DNA of 32,000 nucleotides from Gemmata obscuriglobus (lineage in GTDB: Bacteria > Planctomycetota > Planctomycetia > Gemmatales > Gemmataceae). Positions within the stretch are counted from its first letter, which is position 1. The number at the start of each line of letters is the position of its first letter. Below, piece after piece: positions 7,606-18,063 of this stretch. The DNA lies in NCBI RefSeq assembly GCF_008065095.1, contig NZ_CP042911.1, forward strand, positions 6,660,001 through 6,692,000, given 5' to 3'. The notes beneath the pieces were generated by a model. That model saw only the letters and a program-made list of their open reading frames with translations, had not been told where the DNA came from and searched no databases. Position numbers and translations under genes: made by a program.

Positions 7606-8742
7606 ATGAAAATGTTCGCACCGGTGTTGGTGGTGCTCGCGCTGGGCTCGTCGGGCTGGGCCGACGAACCCAAGACGTTCCCGGCCGCGACGCACAAGGG
7701 GGGCGAACTCCGGTACGTTGACAAAGTGCCGGTACTGGTTCTGAAGGGCAAACCTACCGAGATGGGCGAGCAGTTCGGCAAGCTCGCGATCGCCAACGCA
7801 CCGGACCTCACCAAGCTCCACGAGCAGTTCCTCGCCGACTCCGGCCAGACGGCCACGTACCGGTTCATTGAGGCCATGTCGCGGCGGCTCAAGCCGAACT
7901 TCCCTCCGCACGTTGCGACGGAGCTTGAGGCCGCGGCGAAAGCCTCCGGGCGCCCGGAAGGGTTGCTCCTGTTCGCCAACACGATCGCGGACCTCACCAG
8001 CGGCCTCGGGTGCTCGACGATCATTGTGGAGAAGGAGCGGAGCACAACCGGCGCGCCGCTGTTCGCCCGGAACTTCGACTGGATTCCCACGAAGGGCATC
8101 ACCGAGCACACGCTGGTGGCGGTCTACAAGGGCGAGGGCAAGCGGGCGTTCGCGGCGATCACGGTGACGCCGATCGCGGGCGTCATCAGCGGGATGAACG
8201 ACGCCGGGCTGTGCGTCACCATCAACGAGATCCACCTGCGCCGCAGCAAGGACAACGCGAAGTTCAACTGGAGCGGCACCCCGCTGCTGCTCAACTTCCG
8301 CCGCGTGCTGGAAGAGTGCTCGACTGTCGCGGAAGCCGAAAAGCTGCTCCGCGGCTCGAAGCGAACCAGCTCCTGCTGCCTGACGATTTGCGACAAGAAC
8401 GGCGGCGCGGTGTTCGAGTTGACCCCGGACAACCTCGAAGTGCGCAAGAACGAGAACGGGGTGTGCTGCTGCACGAACCACTTCCGCACCGACAAGCTCA
8501 GCGTGACGACCAAATGCGACCGTTACGACAAGCTCTCTCTGCTCCAACAAAAGGACGCGCCAAAACTCGGCGTGAAGGACGCATTCGAGCAGCTCCAAAA
8601 GGTGGACCAGGGTAAAGGCACGCTCCAGAGCATGGTGTTCGAGCCGTCGGAGCGTGTGATACACCTGGCCTACGGCCCCGGGTCGGCGAGTAAGCTTCCG
8701 CCGGTCAAGCTGGATCTGGGCAAGCTGTTCGATGAAAAGTAA
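7606..8742 (+). CDS. Secreted peptidase C45 / acyl-CoA:6-APA acyltransferase-like Ntn hydrolase
   Basis: This is the track ORF 7558..8742, with start taken at the ATG at 7606 (MKMFAPVLVVLALGSSGWA signal peptide). It has an internal autoprocessing-type motif LGCSTIIV followed by GAPLFARNFDW, and a propeptide of about 150 aa before the Cys, as in C45. Confidence 0.75.
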   Translation: MKMFAPVLVVLALGSSGWADEPKTFPAATHKGGELRYVDKVPVLVLKGKPTEMGEQFGKLAIANAPDLTKLHEQFLADSGQTATYRFIEAMSRRLKPNFPPHVATELEAAAKASGRPEGLLLFANTIADLTSGLGCSTIIVEKERSTTGAPLFARNFDWIPTKGITEHTLVAVYKGEGKRAFAAITVTPIAGVISGMNDAGLCVTINEIHLRRSKDNAKFNWSGTPLLLNFRRVLEECSTVAEAEKLLRGSKRTSSCCLTICDKNGGAVFELTPDNLEVRKNENGVCCCTNHFRTDKLSVTTKCDRYDKLSLLQQKDAPKLGVKDAFEQLQKVDQGKGTLQSMVFEPSERVIHLAYGPGSASKLPPVKLDLGKLFDEK

Positions 8743-8767
8743 CGGTAAGCTCCACCGGAACCGGAGA

Positions 8768-8920
8768 GCGCGTGCGGGGCAACCAATCCCCGGCCCACCT
8801 CAAGGTTCGTGGGGTTTGCGCCGGGTGCCTTTACGCCAGGCGGTTGCGCAGGAGGCTTTTCACACGTTCACCCCCTTCCCTTCAGGGAAGGGGGCGGGGG
8901 TTAGGTCGCCCCGCACGCGC
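8768..8920. repeat. Nested palindromic intergenic element
   Basis: The outer 13-bp inverted repeat is gcgcgtgcggggc (8768-8780) with gccccgcacgcgc (8908-8920). The inner perfect 10-bp hairpin is cccccttccc (8871-8880), loop ttca, gggaaggggg (8885-8894). Confidence 0.55.
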
Positions 8921-8988
8921 CCTCGATCCGCTTCGGTCTCTTCGGACAGAAGTTGGAGGGTCGGTCACTTCCGAGCGTAAGGTGGGCC

Positions 8989-10086
8989 ATGCCGAACGGT
9001 ACACTTCAGGACCTGCTCACGGCGTTCGACCCGGAACGGCCGCTGGAGCGGGCCGGCACCATTCCGAACACGTGGTACACGGCGCCCGAGATTTACGCGC
9101 TGGAGCGTGACGCGGTGTTCGCCCGCACCTGGCAGATGGTCGGGCGGGCCGATCAAGTCGCGAACCCGGGTCAGTACCTGACGGCCGACATCGCCGGCGA
9201 ACCCGTTCTCGTGGTGCGCAACGAGAGCGGTGATTTGAAGGCGTTCTTCAACGTCTGCCGGCACCGGGCCGCACGTTTGTGTACCGACGAATGCGGCACC
9301 GTCACGAAGCTCCGGTGCCGCTACCACGGGTGGACCTACGACCTCAGCGGGGCGCTTCGGGGGGTACCCGAGTTCGACGGCGTTCAGGACTTCCGCCGCG
9401 AGGACAACGGCCTGCCGCCGGTCGCGGTGGCGGTGTGGGGGCCGTTCGTGTGGGTACACCTCACCCCGCCGCGCGAACCCGTCGACGCGTACCTGGGTCC
9501 GTTGGTCTCGTGGGCGGCGGGAGCGGCTCTGGGCGACCTCAAGTGGCACGCCCGCAGGAGCTACGACCTTCGGTGCAACTGGAAGGTGTACGTCGATAAC
9601 TACCTGGACGGCGGGTATCACGTGAACACCGTCCACCCGGCCCTCGCGGGGACGCTCGATTACACGAATTACCGCACCACCTGCGACGGGAACGCGGTAC
9701 TACAAAGCAGCCCGACCAAGCCGGCGGAAGGCGACGCGGGGCAGACCCGCACCGGCGACGCGGCGTACTGGTGGCTGTACCCGAACTTCATGCTCAACGC
9801 CTACGCCGGAGTGATGGATACGAACCTGGTGCTGCCGCTGGGGCCGGACCGGTGCCGGGTGGTTTTCGACTTTTATTTCGCCGATTCGCTCGATCATGAC
9901 TTCAGGCGCAAAAGTGTTGAAGTCGCCGAGCAGGTGCAGCAAGAAGACATCGGGGTGTGCGAAGAGGTGCAGCGGAACCTGCATAGCCGCAGCTTCTCGA
10001 CCGGCCGGTTCAGCGTGAAGCGCGAGAACGGCGGGCACCACTTCCACGCAAAGCTGGGGCGCGTGCTCCGGGGGTTCGCAGGTTAG
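8989..10086 (+). CDS. Rieske [2Fe-2S] aromatic-ring-hydroxylating oxygenase alpha subunit-like protein
   Basis: This is the track ORF 8953..10086, with start taken at the ATG at 8989 (MPNGTLQDLL). The Rieske motif is CRHRAARL...CRYHGW. The mononuclear iron motif is DNYLDGGYHVNTVH. Confidence 0.85.
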   Translation: MPNGTLQDLLTAFDPERPLERAGTIPNTWYTAPEIYALERDAVFARTWQMVGRADQVANPGQYLTADIAGEPVLVVRNESGDLKAFFNVCRHRAARLCTDECGTVTKLRCRYHGWTYDLSGALRGVPEFDGVQDFRREDNGLPPVAVAVWGPFVWVHLTPPREPVDAYLGPLVSWAAGAALGDLKWHARRSYDLRCNWKVYVDNYLDGGYHVNTVHPALAGTLDYTNYRTTCDGNAVLQSSPTKPAEGDAGQTRTGDAAYWWLYPNFMLNAYAGVMDTNLVLPLGPDRCRVVFDFYFADSLDHDFRRKSVEVAEQVQQEDIGVCEEVQRNLHSRSFSTGRFSVKRENGGHHFHAKLGRVLRGFAG

Positions 10087-10135
10087 CGCTCGGCCCGCCG
10101 GGTCGTGGCGGTTCTCAAGTGACGGAGCATTTTTC

Positions 10136-11119
10136 GTGAACGACGAGTCGGGGGCGCAATTTAGGTCCGGGCTGATGTTCGGGCTGGTGGCGTACCTGTG
10201 GTGGGGGCTGGTGCCCCTGTACTTCGCCGCGCTGGCCGCCTTCGGCGTGCCCGCGTGGGAGATCCTGGCCCACCGCATCGCGTGGTCGCTTCCCATCATG
10301 GCCCTGCTCACGCTCGCCCTGGCGGGCTGGAAAGACGTGGTCCGCGTCCTGCGGTCCCGGGCGCTCGTTTCAACGCTCCTGCTCTCGGCGTGCCTGCTCG
10401 CGCTCAACTGGCTCATCTACATCTACGCCACCGTCACCAACCGCGTCGTCGAGGCGAGCCTCGGTTACTACATGATGCCGCTGGTGAACGCGGCCCTCGC
10501 GCCCATCTTCCTGAAAGAAAAGCTGCGGCCGGCGCAGTTCCCGGCGCTGGTGCTGGTGGCGCTCGGTGTCGCCATTCCGTTCGCCTGGAACGGCAACTTC
10601 ACCTGGATCGCCGTGGCCCTGCCGATCACCTTTGGCGCGTACGGCCTCGTGCGCAAGAAGGTGGCGGTCGAGAGCATGACCGGGCTGACGGTGGAAACGA
10701 TTCTCATGCTCCCGCCGTCGCTCGGGTTCCTCCTGTACCTGTCGGCCACGGGACAGAACCACATGACCCCGACCGACTGGCGGCTCAACGCGCTGATCGC
10801 CTTCAGCGGCATCGTCACCGTTGTCCCGCTCCTCACCTACACGCTGTCGCTGCGCCGGTTGCCGCTGCTGGCGGTGAGCTTCATTCAGTTCCTGTCGCCC
10901 ACCGTGCAGATGGTGATCGCGGTGATCTGGCTGGGCGAAACGCTCGGGCCGGAGCGCGTCGCGGCGTTCGTGTGTGTGTGGTCGGCGGTGCTGATCTTCA
11001 TCGGCGACGCGCTCTGGCAGGCGCGTCAGAAGCGCCGCGCCCGGCGCGGCGCCTCCGACCTCGTCGGGCCACTCACACCACGATTCGGTGGACTTCCGTC
11101 TGCAGTTCCCCACCGGTGA
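10136..11119 (+). CDS. rarD: EamA/DMT family transporter RarD
   Basis: The N-terminus GLMFGLVAYLWWGLVPLYF...WEILAHRIAWSLP is the characteristic RarD signature. The protein has about 10 hydrophobic helices. It uses a GTG start with ggag 9 nt upstream. Confidence 0.8.
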   Translation: MNDESGAQFRSGLMFGLVAYLWWGLVPLYFAALAAFGVPAWEILAHRIAWSLPIMALLTLALAGWKDVVRVLRSRALVSTLLLSACLLALNWLIYIYATVTNRVVEASLGYYMMPLVNAALAPIFLKEKLRPAQFPALVLVALGVAIPFAWNGNFTWIAVALPITFGAYGLVRKKVAVESMTGLTVETILMLPPSLGFLLYLSATGQNHMTPTDWRLNALIAFSGIVTVVPLLTYTLSLRRLPLLAVSFIQFLSPTVQMVIAVIWLGETLGPERVAAFVCVWSAVLIFIGDALWQARQKRRARRGASDLVGPLTPRFGGLPSAVPHR

Positions 11120-12257
11120 CGTGGACCTGCCCCTGGGCGTCGATGTACACGTCAACCTCGCTCCGGACGCCGAAGTCGGGCAAATAAATGCCCGGCTCGA
11201 TGCTGAAGCACGTGCGGGGGATGATGCGCCGGTCCTCGCGGGTTTCGAGCCCGTCGATGTGGGCGCCGTTCCCGTGGACCTCCTGCCCAATGTTGTGACC
11301 GGTGCGGTGCGTGTAGTTCGCGCCGTACCCGGCCTTCTCGATCACGTCGCGGGTCGCGTTGTCGATCTCCCAGCCCAGTAACGGCGTCCCGGCGGCAAAC
11401 GCGTCCTTCGCCTTTTGAATGCCCGCATCCCGCGCCGCCGCGACCACCGCGAACACCTTCGCGTACTGCTCGGGTACGGTGTCCCCCACGTACACAACAC
11501 GGGTGTAGTCCGCGTACACCGCCCGCGGGCGGTTCATCTTCGCCCACAGGTCGATCAGCACGAACGAACCCTTCTGGATGGGCGCGTCGGTGGCCGCCGC
11601 GGTGTCGAAGTGCGGGTCGCCGCTGTGCGGCCCCACGCCCACGATCGGCGGGCTGTAGGTCGTCATCCCGTTGTCGGCGAAGTGCTTCATGATCCGGGCC
11701 TGAACGGCCGTTTCCATCACCTTGCCGTGCGCGCGGATCTCGTCGGCGATGAACGCGAACGCAACGTCGTAGGCCGCGCGGCACAGCTTCGCCGCCTCGA
11801 AGTGCGATTTCTCCTGGTCCGCGTCCCACACCGCCTCGAACTGCTGGATCAGGTCGCCGGACGCGAGCACGTCAGCGCCGAACGAGCGCACGAGTTCGAC
11901 GGTGCCGGCGTCGACACGGCTGATGTACGGGTTCGCGTTCCGCGGGCTGTACTCCATCGCCACCTTCTTCGCCCCGCCTACGAGCGCGCCGACGCCGGCT
12001 TCAAGTTCCTGCCACCGGCGGTAAATCGTTTTGTCGGCGCCGGGCAGGTGATCGAGCGCCGCGGGCTCGATCGCGTGAACCAGCTTCTTCGGTTCGCCGG
12101 TGGCGGGAACGAAATAGAACCACCGCCGCGAGAGCTTCTTCTCCGCGACACCGGCGACTCGCTGGGCGAGCACGTTGAGCCCGCGGAAATCGTACAGCAG
12201 CCAGCCATCGAACCCGGCTTCGCGGATCGCGGCCTGGACCGCAGACAAATCGAACAT
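11073..12257 (-). CDS. M24 family Xaa-Pro aminopeptidase/dipeptidase
   Basis: This lies within track ORF 11073..12710. The start is the ATG at 12257 (MFDLSAVQAAIREAGFDGWLLYDF). The M24 metal-ligand blocks are LIDLWAKM...ADYTRV, HRTGHNIG, SIEPGIY and EVDV. Confidence 0.85.
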   Translation of the reverse strand: MFDLSAVQAAIREAGFDGWLLYDFRGLNVLAQRVAGVAEKKLSRRWFYFVPATGEPKKLVHAIEPAALDHLPGADKTIYRRWQELEAGVGALVGGAKKVAMEYSPRNANPYISRVDAGTVELVRSFGADVLASGDLIQQFEAVWDADQEKSHFEAAKLCRAAYDVAFAFIADEIRAHGKVMETAVQARIMKHFADNGMTTYSPPIVGVGPHSGDPHFDTAAATDAPIQKGSFVLIDLWAKMNRPRAVYADYTRVVYVGDTVPEQYAKVFAVVAAARDAGIQKAKDAFAAGTPLLGWEIDNATRDVIEKAGYGANYTHRTGHNIGQEVHGNGAHIDGLETREDRRIIPRTCFSIEPGIYLPDFGVRSEVDVYIDAQGQVHVTGGELQTEVHRIVV

Positions 12258-12450
12258 GATTAACGTCCTCACGCAACGGCCGAGGGCTCGCGCCCCCGGC
12301 GACGGGGTGGCACCTTCCGGACTGAGAGAGTGGGGGGTTGTCTTAGCCTCGAACGGGGCCGCTGTCTTCTCATCAGGTGGCGAGGTGTGATCCGACTGCA
12401 AATCGCGCACACCGATTGACCGCGAGAACGTGGCGGCATTCGGATAAGAT

Positions 12451-14049
12451 GTGGCCGATCGCGACGGTGCCACTGCGCCACCGTCCCACCGTTCAGGAAC
12501 GCCCGCCGTGACTCTTCCCACCGATACTTTCGCAGCAATCGCACAGTCCGCCGACCGTCGACAGACGTTCCGGCTCCTTGACCGGCTAATGGCACCCGAG
12601 CTGTCGAACGACGAGCGGCCCGACGTGGTCAACGCGCTTGTGGCGGTTTCTGATCCGCGGGCCGTTCCGATCCTGGAACGAATACTCACGGACCGCGCCC
12701 GCACAGCCACGGTGCGCGAGGCCGCGGGCTACGTCCTGCGGAACATGGAGTATCTCGACGTCGACTGGTCGGAAGACACCTTGAGGGGCTGGTGGAACTC
12801 TCCCGATGCCGTCCTTCACCGGCACGCGCTGCGATCGATGGGCGCGGCCGCTTGCCCGGACATCGTGCGTGCCGTTGCCCGGGACCCGGCCCACCCACTG
12901 CGAGCAACTGCCCTCGACCGAATGATCTTCTTCTTCGACGCCCCGGCCGACGTGGACATGAAAATCGAGGCTCTGGCCGCCTCGGCCCCGGAGGTGCGTG
13001 CGACCGCGGCGAAAATCCTGTTCTGGGACGAACCGGTCGCGGCCGAAACGGCACTGGTGACCGCGGCTGCGGACCCGGTCGAGCGTGTCGCCGTTGAAGC
13101 GCTCCTCACGTTGCAGTATTACCCCTCACGACATGTGATCCGCAGTCTACACGGCCGGCTCGACCACCCCACCGAGCCGATCCGTCACGCCGCCCGTGAG
13201 AGCTGGGACGAGATCCGACTCGGTTGTCTGCGGTACGTCTGCGACGACGGCCCGCGCGTGTCTGCCCGGGTCCGGCGTTGGCTCGCACCCGTCTGGGATC
13301 TCCTGTCATACACGGACGAAGAATTGGCCCCGCTCGCCTCGGAACCCTTCGCAGCGCAACTCGCGCGCGAAACTCAGCCACCAATTCCGTCCGATCTGGT
13401 CCGATTGCTCGCCGACCCGGACACGTCCCCAAAAATGTTGGAGGAAGTGCTCTGGGGAAAGGCATGGGCGATGTACCCGCCCAACGCCCGGCGCCAGGTG
13501 CGCCCGGTGATGCTGAACCATACCGATCCGCTGGTGCGCCAAAGGAGCATAGAGCCGCTCCGCGCGTGGGGCGACACGGACGGGTTACTGGCGCTGGCCG
13601 GCGACCCAGATTTTGGTGTGCGCAAATCAGCGATGTACGAACTCAGCCGGTTACCACCGGACCCACATATCGCAGCGCTCGCATGGGATCACCTGCACCA
13701 ACCGCAGACGGTCGGTACCCACGCGACTGAAACACTCGCCACGTTCGTCGCTCATGCGGATCGGAACGAAGCGGTGCAGCGGTTACAGTCGATCGCCGCG
13801 GACCGAAACCGGCCGGAGAAACTGCGGGTGGCGGCGGTGGATCACCTCACGACGCTCCAAGCAACGGACGAAATCCGCCCGTTAACCAAGCTGTTGGCCG
13901 AACCACCGGCGGTAACGTGGGCGCTGCACATCGCAGCTCTCGGGGCGGCCACCGATCTCGCGCTGTCGGTGTCGTGCTCCCATCTGGACGACGTGGACAA
14001 CCTGCACCTCCAAGTCGCGCTGGCGACGGCATACGGAGTGCCCGGTTGA
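12451..14049 (+). CDS. HEAT-repeat protein
   Basis: It contains repeated PBS-lyase/HEAT-like units (DPRAVPILERILTD...VREAAGYVL; DPVERVAVEALLTL; DPLVRQRSIEPL; DPDFGVRKSAMYEL). It uses a GTG start, and the exact start is uncertain. Confidence 0.65.
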   Translation: MADRDGATAPPSHRSGTPAVTLPTDTFAAIAQSADRRQTFRLLDRLMAPELSNDERPDVVNALVAVSDPRAVPILERILTDRARTATVREAAGYVLRNMEYLDVDWSEDTLRGWWNSPDAVLHRHALRSMGAAACPDIVRAVARDPAHPLRATALDRMIFFFDAPADVDMKIEALAASAPEVRATAAKILFWDEPVAAETALVTAAADPVERVAVEALLTLQYYPSRHVIRSLHGRLDHPTEPIRHAARESWDEIRLGCLRYVCDDGPRVSARVRRWLAPVWDLLSYTDEELAPLASEPFAAQLARETQPPIPSDLVRLLADPDTSPKMLEEVLWGKAWAMYPPNARRQVRPVMLNHTDPLVRQRSIEPLRAWGDTDGLLALAGDPDFGVRKSAMYELSRLPPDPHIAALAWDHLHQPQTVGTHATETLATFVAHADRNEAVQRLQSIAADRNRPEKLRVAAVDHLTTLQATDEIRPLTKLLAEPPAVTWALHIAALGAATDLALSVSCSHLDDVDNLHLQVALATAYGVPG

Positions 14050-14120
14050 CACCTGTTCCCGCCTGCGGGAAACTGACATCAGGTTCGCCCCGACCTTATA
14101 CCGTTCAACCGGAGTCGCTG

Positions 14121-14372
14121 ATGTCTCGTCTGCTCGCCTGCTTGACCCTCGCGGTCGACGCCGGGCCACTGTCGGCGTGCCTCAACGATGTCGAGTTGCC
14201 CGCCCACGAGCGCGAGTTCCGGTCCCAGTACCGGAGTTCCAACCCGCCACCCGTCACACCTTCATCTGAGCCCGCGGACCGCCCCAGCACCAGCTTCGTG
14301 TTCGGAACTGGGGCCGCTTTGCTTGTGGCTGCGTGCGTCCTCGTGCTGACCAACCCCCGAACGCGGAGCTGA
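14121..14372 (+). CDS. Small hypothetical protein with an N-terminal signal/lipobox-like sequence and a C-terminal TM helix
   Basis: The ATG at 14121 is preceded by ggag (14111-14114). The sequence is MSRLLACLTLAVDAGPLSAC...FVFGTGAALLVAACVLVLTNPRTRS. Its stop lies 3 nt before the next gene. Confidence 0.5.
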   Translation: MSRLLACLTLAVDAGPLSACLNDVELPAHEREFRSQYRSSNPPPVTPSSEPADRPSTSFVFGTGAALLVAACVLVLTNPRTRS

Positions 14373-14375
14373 TCC

Positions 14376-15950
14376 GTGGTCAGTCATTTGCGCCGAAGCC
14401 TTTGGACCGGAGGTGCGGCGGTCCTCGGGCTGTTCGCCGGTTGCGTGGGCGGAATGGCCTCACACGCGGGTCCGTATTACAAGCCCCCTGCGTCTCTGGC
14501 CGAACGCGCCCCGCTGCCACACCACGTTCCCCCCTTCGCCGGCGGGGCGGCGCTGCGGTTCGCAATGGTCCACGGTGTCATTCACGAGCGGTTCCCGCGA
14601 CACGGTCGGGAGCACTACCGCTCGCGCGACTGGCACACCCGCCAGCGTCTCGCTGCACTGACCCCGGACGACCCGGCCACGTTCCCACTCGCCGACGACC
14701 TCGCGGTCGGGTTGGAACGACTCGGGCGACCGGACGAAGCGGTCGCGGTCGCACGCGACAAGCTCACCCGCCAGCAAGCCAGGGGACTCTCCGGACGCGA
14801 CCTGTACACGTCATACGCCAACCTCGGCACGTTCCTGATCCACGCCAGCTTCGCGGATGCGGTGGCCGGTGTCCCGGCCGCACGACAACAGTTTTGCGAG
14901 GGGGTGGGATTGATCCGCAAATCGGTCGAGGTCAACCCGGAAGCCCACTTCGGGCGCGAGCGGTGGCAGATGGCGGTTGCCGAATTTCTTCTCGCCGCGA
15001 TGTACGACCGCGAACTGCTGCGCACGTTCGACTGCCTCGGAAACCGGCTCGACCTCAGCATTGAGGAGTGTCTGAACCGGGAGGCGAACTGGACGCAAAC
15101 CGGTTACGGGCGGGCGGTCGACGCGCAGTTCAGTCAGGGGAAGGCGGTGTACGGGATGCAGAGCTTCTTCGAGCCGGGTGTCGATCACGCCGATCCCGCC
15201 CGGTGGACCGAGTTGAGACGCATTCGCGAACACATTACGAAAGTCGGCGCAGAGAACGGATGGGATACGGTGCCGGTACCCTCACACCGCAAGCCCGTGC
15301 CCTTCGACGAACCGGTGCTCGGGATCATCGGGATGTGGCGACAGGGCGGCGGAGCCAACCCGCACTTCGCGCTCGCTCTCGGCGAAGTCATGCTGCGGGT
15401 GGGTCAGCGACACATTGCCTGGGCGGCTTATGAACGGGCGTCTCGACTGGCCGACCGTTACTGGCCCGATCCGTCCCTCCGGGGGTTCCTTCTCACCCAC
15501 TGCCGGAAGCGACAGACCGATATCGAGCAGACGCTCATTCACATCCCACCTGCAAGCGCCACCCACCCGGCGTGGCAGAACGTTACCCCGCCGATACCGG
15601 CCGCCGAGGTAGCCCAACTGCGGACACGGTTCGAGGCGGAACTCGCGCACGGACAGGGCTACCAGCGGGCGTACCAGGAGTACGAGAACAAGCGGATCGC
15701 GAAAGGGGCATCGATCTTCGACGAGCACCTCTTCGACGAATTCCATGCGGGTCGTGAGCCGATCGCCTCTGCGGTTGGCCCAGAGGAGCAATTCGTGTGG
15801 GTGTCGCAGGGTAAGAGGCAGACGTATGTATTGAGCTGGGGATTGGCGGGGGGAACGTTTGGCGCCGGGTTGGCGGCCGTAGTGGTTGCCGGCCTCCTCC
15901 GCTGGCGTTCGGGCCGCAAACGTGTGGATTTCGGACCTACGAGCGGTTGA
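14376..15950 (+). CDS. Hypothetical lipoprotein-like protein with a C-terminal TM anchor
   Basis: It uses a GTG start. The N-terminus is WTGGAAVLGLFAGC (lipobox-like) and the C-terminus is GGTFGAGLAAVVVAGLLRWRSGRKR. Amino-acid composition is protein-like throughout. I recognise no family. Confidence 0.65.
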   Translation: MVSHLRRSLWTGGAAVLGLFAGCVGGMASHAGPYYKPPASLAERAPLPHHVPPFAGGAALRFAMVHGVIHERFPRHGREHYRSRDWHTRQRLAALTPDDPATFPLADDLAVGLERLGRPDEAVAVARDKLTRQQARGLSGRDLYTSYANLGTFLIHASFADAVAGVPAARQQFCEGVGLIRKSVEVNPEAHFGRERWQMAVAEFLLAAMYDRELLRTFDCLGNRLDLSIEECLNREANWTQTGYGRAVDAQFSQGKAVYGMQSFFEPGVDHADPARWTELRRIREHITKVGAENGWDTVPVPSHRKPVPFDEPVLGIIGMWRQGGGANPHFALALGEVMLRVGQRHIAWAAYERASRLADRYWPDPSLRGFLLTHCRKRQTDIEQTLIHIPPASATHPAWQNVTPPIPAAEVAQLRTRFEAELAHGQGYQRAYQEYENKRIAKGASIFDEHLFDEFHAGREPIASAVGPEEQFVWVSQGKRQTYVLSWGLAGGTFGAGLAAVVVAGLLRWRSGRKRVDFGPTSG

Positions 15951-16107
15951 TGAAATCCTGGCACTCACCGCATTGACCGTTATGCGAGTGTGTCATCGTT
16001 TAAGATTATGGGCTAGACAGCAAGAACTCGGAACGGCTTCAAATCACGCTCTGTTGAGCCACAGGCGAGCCGTCGGAAGTGGCGGGAAGTGTAGAAGTGT
16101 AAGCGGC

Positions 16108-16149
16108 AAAAAGCCGCGACCCCGGTGCATTTCTGCGCCGGGGTCGCGG
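16108..16149 (-). terminator. Intrinsic terminator downstream of 16S copy 1
   Basis: The minus strand reads ccgcgaccccgg-cgcagaaatgca-ccggggtcgcgg followed by cttttt. That is a 12-bp GC stem plus a U-tract. Confidence 0.65.
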
Positions 16150-16248
16150 GTATATCGTTGGCAAGTGGGTGCGTGTGTTCTGTGTGAGGCGGGGTGATAT
16201 GTGGTCGGTGGTGCTCGAGCCACACGACCTGTGTGTCAGTATCCTTAG

Positions 16249-17747
<1,499 letters not shown>

Positions 17748-18063
17748 AATTTTCGCACTGCCAGTCACCCGGCAGCGACTTGGTCGAGTTCAATCCGGCC
17801 GTTGTTCGGTGTCGACTTCAGTCTTGGACCGCATCACACCGCACGCACCCCACCTCGCGGCGGAGCTCGTTCGTTGTGATCCGATCCGAGATGGAGTTAA
17901 CACCTACTCAACGGCGTTAACCCACCTCAAACAGATCTCACGCACCCACTTGTCAAAGATCAGCACTCGGCTCAACCGTTTGACCGGTCGAGCAAGCCAC
18001 TCCTCATCAGAGTGTATTGGCGATCGGCCCTCTCGTCCAGAGGCGTCGATCGATTGTACAGTA

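Noticed and set aside
14055-14073. A short hairpin (ttcccgc/gcgggaa) after the HEAT gene, considered as a terminator
   Set aside because: The loop would be only 2 nt (effectively a 5-bp stem), and no U-tract follows. The evidence is too weak to call.
13917-14120. Upstream extension of the small ORF (track ORF 13917..14372, 151 aa)
   Set aside because: The extension overlaps the 3' end of the HEAT-repeat gene in another frame and is Arg/Gly/Pro-rich. The internal ATG at 14121 has a ggag upstream and begins a signal-peptide-like sequence.
17950-17961. TTGACA at the 5' edge of both 16S repeat copies, considered as the 16S promoter -35
   Set aside because: No acceptable -10 follows at 16-18 nt (the sequence there is tgtttg / ttgagg). 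The hexamer and the next 30 nt are complementary to the 16S trailer, so they are most simply part of the transcribed processing stem. This is kept as an open alternative in the findings rather than called as a feature.
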